From contig NC_092346.1 of assembly GCF_963676685.1 (NCBI RefSeq), positions 88,784,001 through 88,848,000 on the forward strand: 64,000 nt of DNA. Direction: 5' to 3'. A program made the position numbers and the translations under genes. The first letter of the stretch is position 1. Every line of letters starts with the position of its first letter. Shown in pieces: positions 54,712-64,000 of the stretch. This DNA comes from Mytilus edulis (Eukaryota). The notes beneath the pieces are model-generated. The model ran no database searches. It saw only the letters and a program-made list of their open reading frames with translations, and had not been told where the DNA came from.

Positions 54712-54958
54712 TAATTAGTTTACATTGAAAAATAAAATTGAAAATGCCCTGTGTTGAAAGATACATTAAAATTTGATCAGAAGGCACTCTAAAACTTTTA
54801 ATTTTCAATGCCATATAACCTCTGTTTCAAATTAAAAAATGCCCCAAAACAACATTTTTAGATTATTTTTGTTAGCACTTTAAAGCTTTTAGCTGTTGGT
54901 CTAAATTTATGTCTTACAAGGATATTTGGTTACATTTACTAGAAGAATTTTTGCATTT

Positions 54959-56766
54959 TTTAGCTCACCCAAGTGAGCTTTTCCCATCACTTTGCGTCCG
55001 GCGTCCGTCGTCGTCGTCGTCCGTCGTCTGTCGTCCGTCGTCGTTAACTTTTACAAAAATCTTCTCCTCTGAAACTACTGGGCCAAATTGAACCAAACTT
55101 GGCCACAATCATCATTGGGGTATCTAGTTTAAAAAATGTGTGGCGTGACCCGGTCAACCAACCAAGATGGCCGCCACGGCTAAAAATAGAACATAGGGGT
55201 AAAATGCAGTTTTTGGCTTATAACTCAAAAACCAAAGCATTTAGAGGAAATCTGACATGGGGTAAATATGTTTATCAGGTCAAGATCTATCTGCCCTAAA
55301 ATTTTCAGATGAATCGGTCAACCCGTTGTTGGGTTCCTGCCCCTTAATTGGTCATTTTGAGGAAATTTTGCTGTTTTTGGTTATTATCTTGAATATTATT
55401 ATAGATAGAGATAAACTGTAAACAGCAATAATGTTCGGCAAAGTTAGATTTACAAATAAGTCAACATGACCGAAATGGTCAGTTGACCCCTTTAGGAGTT
55501 ATTGCCCTTTATAGTCAATTTTTAACCATTTTTCATAAATCTAAGTAATCTTTTACAAAAATCTTCTCCTCTGAAACTACTGGGCCAAATTAATCCAAAC
55601 TTGGCCACAATCATCTTTGGGGTATCTAGTTTAAAAAATGTGTGGTGTGACCCGGTCAACCAACCAAGATGGCCGCCAAGGCTAAAAATAGAACATAGGG
55701 GTAAAATGCAGTTTTTGGCTTATAACTCAAAAACCAAAGCATTTAGAGGAAATCTGATGTGGGGTAAAAATGTTTATCAGGTCAAGATCTATCTGCCCTG
55801 AAATTTTCAGATGAATCGGTCAACCTGTTGTTGGGTTTCTGCCCCTGAATTGGTAATTTTGAGGAAATTTTGCCGTTTTTGGTTATTATCTTGAATATTA
55901 TTATAGATAGAGATAAACTGTAAACAGCAATAATGTTCAGCAAAGTTAGATTTACAAATAAGTCAACATGACCGAAATGGTCAGTTGACCCCTTTAGGAG
56001 TTATTGCCCTTTATAGTCAATTTTTAACCATTTTTCGTAAATCTTAGTTATCTTTTACAAAAATCTTCTCCTCTGAAACTACTAGGCCAAATTAATTCAA
56101 ACTTGACCACAATTATCTTTGAGGTACCTTGTTTGAAAAATGTGTCCCATGACCTGGCCATCCAACCAAGATGGCCACCACGGCTAAAAATAGAACAGGG
56201 GTAAAATGTAGTTTTTTGCTTATAACTCTGAAACCAAATCATTTAGAGGAAATCTGACAAGGAGTTAAATTGTTAATCAAGTCAATATATATCTGCCCTG
56301 AAATATTCAAATGAATTGGACAACCGGTTGTTGGGTTGCTGCCCTCCAATTGGTAATTTTTAAAGAAATTTTGCTGTTTTTGGTTATTATCTTGAATACT
56401 ATTATAGATAGCGATAAACTGTAAACAGCGATAATGTTCATCAAAGTAAGATCTACAAATAAGTCCACATGACCTAAATGGTCAATTGACCCCTTAAGGA
56501 GTTATTGCCCTTTATAGTCAATTTTTAACAATTTTCATTAATTTGGTAAATTTATGTAAATTTTTACCAAATATTTTTCTCTGTTACTAATGGGCAAAGT
56601 TCATTATAGATATAATTGTAAGAAGCAAGAATGTTCAGTAAAGTAAGAACTTCAAACACATCACCATCACCAAAATACAATTTTGTCATGAATCCATTTG
56701 TGACTCCTTTGTTTAATATGCACATAGACCAAGGTGAGCGACACAGGCTCTTTAGAGCCTCTAGTT
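54959..56766 (+). mobile_element. HINE family A, 3 core units, 5' hairpin partly deleted (TMEM254 intron 3)
   Basis: 5' end AGCTCACCCAAGTGAGCT. Units near 55049, 55551 and 56053. Same 3' end. Confidence 0.85.
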
Positions 56767-57545
56767 CAAAATGCAGTCTTAATCAGATAAGGAAGATAAC
56801 CCTTGAAAAAGCTGTGTATTAAATAAATGTCTCCAGCATGTGACACCTTTGATGAGTATGTATCTAAAATATGATATTTGAAAGCAATTGTTTTAGTGCT
56901 ATGTCTGAAAAAGTTTCTCAACAAAATTGAAACCTGAACTTGATTTGTAACTTCTTATGATATAACAAAATATCTAATCCATTGATACAGGTATTACAGA
57001 AAAAGATTGAAAAACTCATATTTACTAAAAATTTTCAATGTTGAAGGGCCACAACTTTTGCAAAAAATCTCAGTCTGAAGAAACTCAAACTCAATCTGTC
57101 ACTTGATATAAAAAGGAAAACATGACAGCAACTTACAATCAAAACTGTTGTGTAACCAAAAGGTACTGAAACCTTATATTGAAGACTTAAGCAAAATAAC
57201 TTTCTGGATCAGGGTTTGCATTCTTGCCCGATATGAAATATACTGATCGTTTATATACATATTGGTTAATTTATGGCCTATGTAATGCCTCTGAACTGCT
57301 TTATAATGAAGCTGGATTATATTTTTTTAAATTACTAAATTCCTCAATTTTGCCTAAATTTTTATAAAAAACTGGCACTGTTAAAAAAACCTCCTTATTT
57401 TGTTCTTTTATACATTTTTAAAATCTTCATTAATTGAAAATATAATGAAAACTCTTTCTTCTCTTTCTTTTTACATCATTTTGTACATAGTCATAGAATG
57501 GTTTTAAATGCAGTTTGTGATGATAATCATGTTAATTGTTTTTAG

Positions 57546-57654
57546 GGAAAGAAAACTAAGTACAAGTGCAACTATAAAGTGGACCATACAGACTTTTATA
57601 TTTGGCTTCTCTTCATTCTTGAAACTGAAGGCATACAGACCAAAGACTCGTTAA
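57546..57654 (+). CDS. TMEM254: TMEM254-like exon 4 (ERKLSTSATIKWTIQTFIFGFSSFLKLKAYRPKTR*)
   Basis: Acceptor ttgtttttAG, W..QTF.FG..S motif, basic tail, TAA at 57652-57654. The four exons total 345 nt = 114 aa plus stop. Confidence 0.9.
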
Positions 57655-58339
57655 TATACACTTATGATGACACTCAGGGTCGGATTTTAGAAATACAATG
57701 TGATAGAATTTATATATTAAAATTATTTTTTTATCTTTTTTTGCTATTTTTAATTTGTTTCAAAGCTGATTCCTGAAAGTTATTTGTGAAGCCTGAATTT
57801 GTCTCAGGATTATTACTTCATAGAAATCATTTTCATTCCTAAAAAGAAGCATGGCTTTGCTTGAGTTAACTATATAAAAGGCTTTATTTGTATATCATCA
57901 TGTTTCAATATGACTCACAGCTCACTCTCTGTTACTGAAGAATGAACTGAAAGAGATGTGGGGTATAATTAAATGAGACAAAAAAAACAACACCACAAGA
58001 AAAAACAACACATAAAGAAATCAGTTCAGAGACTACAACAATAGACAATATGTCAAGTGTTGAATTACTTCTTTATCTACATGAATTTAATTATACATTA
58101 TTTCAAAATACAGATATTTTTTTTTAGGTTGAGTTTTTCAACTTTCAAGTATAGAAATGAATAGTTTTTTGTTAGCCAAAAATGACATGACAGTAAAATA
58201 AATTGGCCTACCTTCACAATTTAAATTTTTTGCATCAAACTATGAATTACAACGTCAATATCAATTGAAATACTGCGATTCAATTTACACATTAAGAAAT
58301 GAATTTTTGGAAGGATGTGTTTTTTAAGAAATACCAGTG

Positions 58340-59943
58340 AATGCATGTTAAGTGGTAGCTTTATAGGTCAGTCATATTTAGTATGCAGATGTATAAGCAT
58401 TGGTACATCTCATTTCCATGGAGATTATTTGGCCCTGCCCCCTCAGTCATTGTCAATTAACTTTGAAGCATTTGCTTGTTTTACATGTATCAGTTTGTTA
58501 TTAGGTCAGTTTATAGAGAACCACTAGTCAGTCATATTTTATATGCAGTTGTATACACATTGGCACATCTCATTTCCATGGAGATAATTTGGCACTTCCG
58601 GCTGCCCCTCGATCATGGTCTATTAACTTTGAAACATTTGCTTGTTTTATATGTATCAGTTTGTGATTAGGTCAGTTTAATTATGGAAAACCACTAGTGG
58701 TAGGTCAATGATATTTGGTATGCAGTAGTATAAGCATTGGCACATCTCATTTTCAAGGAGATTATTTAGCCCTTCCCCCTCAGTCATAGTCTCTTGACTT
58801 TGAAACAATTGCTTATTTTACATGTATTAGTTTGTGATTAGGTCAGCTTATGGGGAACCATTAGTGGTAGGCCAATGTTAATTGACGTTCAGTTGTATAA
58901 GCATTAGCACATCTCATTTCCATGGAGACTATTTCACCCTGCCCCCTCTCAGTCATTGTCTATTGACTTGTAAACTTTGCTTAGTTTACATGTATTTGTT
59001 TGTAATTAGATCAGTTTAAGATAAACTGCTAATGTAAGGTCAATGATGTGTAGTATGCAAATTTATTGGCATTTGCAAGCATTGCTTCCATGGAGATTAT
59101 ATAGCCCTCCCCCTGTTTATTGCTCATTGACTGAAACTTTTACATAGTTAACCAGTTAATGTTACTGTTTATGTATGTTTAAAGGGAACAACTTATAATA
59201 AGCCAATGGTATGCAGTATGGACTTGTAATGTATTAACATTGACACATCTCATTTACATGAATATTGTTTAGCCTTGTTCCTCAGTCATGGTGCATTGAC
59301 TTTGAATATTTGCATAACTTATGTAAGATGTTAAAATATTACTATTTTAATTTCAACATGTACAATATTAAAATTACAAAAAGGCAAGACATATCTCTGT
59401 GATAAGTTTATATTTCTAAAGGTAGAAGACCTGGATGCTTCATACTTTGTAAACAGATACTAGTACCTTATATTACAAACATTTCTGTCCGTCACATGTT
59501 TATTGTTCTTGACCTCATTATCATGGTTTAGTGGCTGCTTGATTACATTTTTTTTTGTAATGTAAAATACCTGCTTATTATGTAATTAGATAACTGTATT
59601 TGGTATATAGGTTCCTTGCAAAATGTACCCGTCAGGCAGGTAGGGTTCACTTGACCTCATCCTTATTTCATCGATCTGTATTCAAAGGTTAAAGTTATGT
59701 GGTCAAGTATGTATCTCAGATGTTATAAGCAATAAGTCAACTATATTTGGTGTATAGAATGATTGTAAGGTGTATATGACTGTCTTTCAGAGTTCATATA
59801 ACCTTGAAATCATTTTCATTGTTCATTTGTCAAATGATATTAAAGTTTATGTGATACTTCTAAAACCTTTATGTTACAAATTTTCAGCATGAGTTCAATG
59901 ATAAGTAAAAGAGGCAAGACATTTCAGTATGTGCACTCTTGTT
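58340..59943 (+). mobile_element. Old degenerate HINE-like element with tandem units of about 170-180 bp
   Basis: About six diverged copies of gtataagcattggcacatctcatttccatggagattattt. Ends GGCAAGACATTTCAGTATGTGCACTCTTGTT. Confidence 0.55.
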
Positions 59944-61300
59944 ACAGTTTGTTCTTATGTTGTGCTGTAATATTAGGATAAGGGAGGGTTGAGCATTCAA
60001 AACATGTTTATCCCCAACATTCTTCATGAGAATGACCCAAATCAGGAGCCTGTAGCTCAGTGGCCATCATATTTGTTTTTTTTGTAAATTACTTTGTTTA
60101 AATTAAGTCGTTAGCTTTAATAACGGACAATACGGTGTGTGTATTTCTCATTGTACTGTAGAAGGCTGTATGGATGCCTATAATTGCTTACATCCACTTC
60201 ATGGCAATTATACCACATCTCCTTATTTTTATATTTATCTAGATATCAAATCGATTATGTCTTATTATTTATGTAAAAAAATACTAATCCAAGAGTTAAA
60301 CTATTGTTCAATATTCAAATCCAAAGAAAGATATAAAGTTGAAGTTGAATTGATCAAAGCATTCCCCATTTTACACTTGGCTGCTCATGCTGATGTAGGA
60401 TATTCTAATTTCCTATTGTTTAATATCATTGTTAATGTGTTGTATATATTTTTAAATGTATATTCTATTGATCTACAGTGTACAGTATCGTTCTCCTGAA
60501 CAATCCAACACCTTGTTTTATCATACACTTAACACATACACAGATCTGACGATGTTTTATTCTCATGATAAATGTACAATGTAATGACTCCTATATACAT
60601 TAGTAAGCACCAAATCAAAATAAATCTCCTATTATAGATACAGACATATAATTTTTATATTTATAAGAGATTTTAGTGACAGTGAACAAATTGGGAGTTA
60701 CCACAGATAGAAGTTACTTTACATACAACCAGAAGATATCCTAACAAATTTCTTATGAATGCTTTACATACAACCAAAAGATATCCGTGTAAACAGTTTT
60801 GTTTAAATGAGTTGACAAAATATATTCAAGCATTTATTGTAATCTTGAAACTAGTAAGTACAAAATCAATTCATATAATAACGTTTATCCAATCAACGAA
60901 TTCCAACTCAGCTTAGAAACAGATCTGATGAAAGCTAAATGCCACAATTTTTTTTTTAAACAAATTTTTGCAATAAGCTTTTTTTCTACAAGATGTATTA
61001 CAGATTTAAAAAATCCTACCTGTTGAAAATTTCAGTCATTGTCAAATTGAAAAAAAGTACTGTTAAGTATTACTCCTTCAAAAACATCTTGATACTTGGT
61101 ACAAAAGAGCATAAACTGAACAAAAGTCATATAAAAAGTGCCCTAAATGTATACCGTATATACACTGAGGTAATAAAAATTTCCTTGTTATTAATCTGCC
61201 GACTTGAATAATATTGATATGTTAAATTCTATTCTAGAAGTACGAAATTCAGGAATAGCATAAAAATCATGTATTATTTTAAAAACATTCACAATAATTA

Positions 61301-63102
61301 AACTAGAGGCTCTAAAGAGCCTGTGTCGCTCACCTTGGTCTATGTGCATATTAAACAAAGGACACAAATGGATTCATGACAAAATTGTATTTTGGTGATG
61401 GCGATGTGTTTGAAGTTCTTACTTTACTGAACGTTCTTGCTTCTTACAATTATATCTATAATGAACCTTGCCCATTAGTAACAGAGAAAAATATTTGGTA
61501 AAAATTTACATAAATTTACCGAATTAATGAAAATTGTTAAAAATTGACTATAAAGGGCAATAACTCCTTAAGGGGTCAATTGACCATTTAGGTCATGTTG
61601 ACTTATTTGTAGATCTTACTTTGCTGAACATTATTGCTGTTTACAGTTTATCTCTATCTATAATAATATTCAAGATAATTACCAAAAACGGCAAAATTTC
61701 TTTAAAAATTACCAATTGGAGGGCAGCAACCCAACAACCGATTGTCCAATTCATCTAAAAATTTCAGGGCAGATAGATATTGACTTGATTAACATTTTAA
61801 CTTCTGGTCAGATTTGCTCTAAATGCTTTGGTTTCAGAGTTATAAGCCAAAATCTACATTTTACCCCTGTTCTATTTTTAGCCGTGGCGGCCATCTTGGT
61901 TGAATGGCCAGGTCATCGGACACATTTTTCAAACTAGATACCCCAAAGATGATTGTGGCCAAGTTTGGATTAATTTGGCCTAGTAGTTTCAGAGGAGAAG
62001 ATTTTTGTAAAAGATTACTTAGATTTATGAAAAATGGTTAAAAGTTGACTATAAAGGGCAATAACTCCTAAAGGGGTCAACTGACCATTTCGGTCATGTT
62101 GACTTATTTGTAAATCTAACTTTGCTGAACATTATTGATGTTTACAGTTTATCTCTATCTATAATAATATTCAAGATAATAACCAAAAACAGCAAAATTT
62201 CCTCAAAATTACCAATTCAGGGGCAGCAACCCAACAACAGGTTGACCGATTCATCTGAAAATTTCAGGGCAGATAGATCTTGACCTGATAAACATTTTTA
62301 TCTATGTCAGATTTCCTCAAAATGCTTCGGTTTTTGAGTTATAAGCCAAAAACTGCATTTTACCCCTATGTACTATGTTTAGCCGTGGCGGCCATCTTGG
62401 TTGGTTGACCGGGTCATGCCACACATTTTTTAAACTAGTTACCCCAAAGATGATTGTGGCCAAGTTTGGATTAATTTGGCCCAGTAGTTTCAGAGGAGAA
62501 GATTTTTGTAAAAGATTACTTTGATTTATGAAAAATGGTTAAAAATTGACTATAAAGGGCAATAACTCCTAAAGGGGTCAACTGACCATTTCGGTCATGT
62601 TGACTTATTTGTAAATCTAACTTTGCTGAACATTATTGCTGTTTACAGTTTATCTCTATCTATAATAATATTCAAGATAATAACCAAAAACAGCAAAATT
62701 TCCTCAAAATTACCAATTCAGGGGCAGCAACCCAACAACGGGTTGACCGATTCATCTGAAAATTTCAGGGCAGATAGATCTTGACCTGATAAACCTTTTT
62801 ACCCCATGTCAGATTTCCTCTAAATGCTTTGGTTTTTGAGTTATAAGCCAAAAACTGCATTTTACCCCTATGTTCTATTTTTAGCCGTGGCGGCCATCTT
62901 GGTTGGTTGACCGGGTCAAGCCACACATTTTTTAAACTAGATACCCCAATGATGATTGTGGCCAAGTTTGGTTTGATTTGGCCCAGTAGTTTCAGAGGAG
63001 AAGATTTTTGTAAAAGTTAACGACGACAGGACGCCGGACGCCGGACGCCGGACGCCAAGTGATGAGAAAAGCTCACTTGGCCCTTCGGGCCAGGTGAGCT
63101 AA
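61301..63102 (-). mobile_element. HINE family A, 3 core units
   Basis: Reverse-complement copy with intact termini. Confidence 0.85.
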
Positions 63103-64000
63103 AAAACCAACATCATTGTGGTACAAAAAAGACTGATATTTTAATGTTTAAATGCAGAGCATTACTTATTTATATGAATACATCATTTAATATAGGTAAA
63201 TTAGTCATTGACCTCTTTCTAAACAAGCAAAAACACATTGCATCAATTGTTCTACATCTTGTAACTCTGTGAAATTAATCACTAAATAAAAATGACCCTT
63301 CACCAGGGGCAATAACTCCTGTCAGTGATGTAGTATTTTTACAATGTTTATAATAATCATCTCTTTTTTTAGTGTTGGAATGAAAGCAACGAAAACTTCA
63401 ATCACTAAACAACATGCAGTTCTTCATAGATCCAACAAACTTACACTTATTTCTTGTATTAAACTACAGAATCCTTTTAACAAAACATTTCAGAATGATG
63501 TTTAATATTTAAAAGACATGTTTTTTTTAAATAAATATGAATGCCCTAAAACTATAAAACAAGCCTTAATTGTTTATCAACAAAAATGCTTTAAATCCCT
63601 AAAACATAAAAAAGAAAAAAAGACAAATAAATATGATGTTGCCATGCAACCATATTTCTAATATACAATTTCTAAATAAAAAATAAAAAATTCTCCAATA
63701 GGATAAAGCTGTGTTTAACATTATTTCCATAATAAATATTATACTTGTGTAAATTATAACAATATAAAATCTATGTCTGTATATGAAGATATATTCTTTA
63801 CACTGTACATAAAATGAATGGAATAAAACATAGTGTGCTACACAAGCTGTGTTTTAATTGTATATTTTGGGAAAATTATTGTCTTTTACAGCAGTACTGT
63901 ACTAGGAAGGTAATAATTCTAAAAATATTTCAGAAATTCTCGAAGTTTTTGTAATAAATGTAAGAAGAAAATATTCATAATGAGGCAAAATATTTAAAGA

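Overview
AT-rich, intron- and repeat-dense animal genomic DNA. The repeat content resembles a mytilid bivalve (inference from recalled repeat families, no search run). Two genes lie head-to-head. (1) Minus strand: a TSC22-domain (bunched/TSC22D-like) gene. Its long-isoform first coding exon is at 33921-35167 and a probable alternative first exon is at 16940-17148; both end in phase-2 donors. The shared TSC-box exons were not found and probably lie left of the window. (2) Plus strand: a complete four-exon TMEM254-like gene (47670-57654, 114 aa), absent from the ORF track and assembled by hand. The 12.5 kb between the genes holds a near full-length RTE LINE with a twin-priming-type inversion and a possible decayed HDV-like ribozyme, a Polinton/Maverick relic (pPolB C-terminus plus adenain-type protease), a tRNA-derived SINE and a multi-level nest of DNA transposons. 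Introns carry several non-autonomous Helentron-like (HINE) families and 24-, 42-, 42- and 47-bp minisatellites. No prokaryotic system or CRISPR array is present. There is one assembly gap at 36582-36745.
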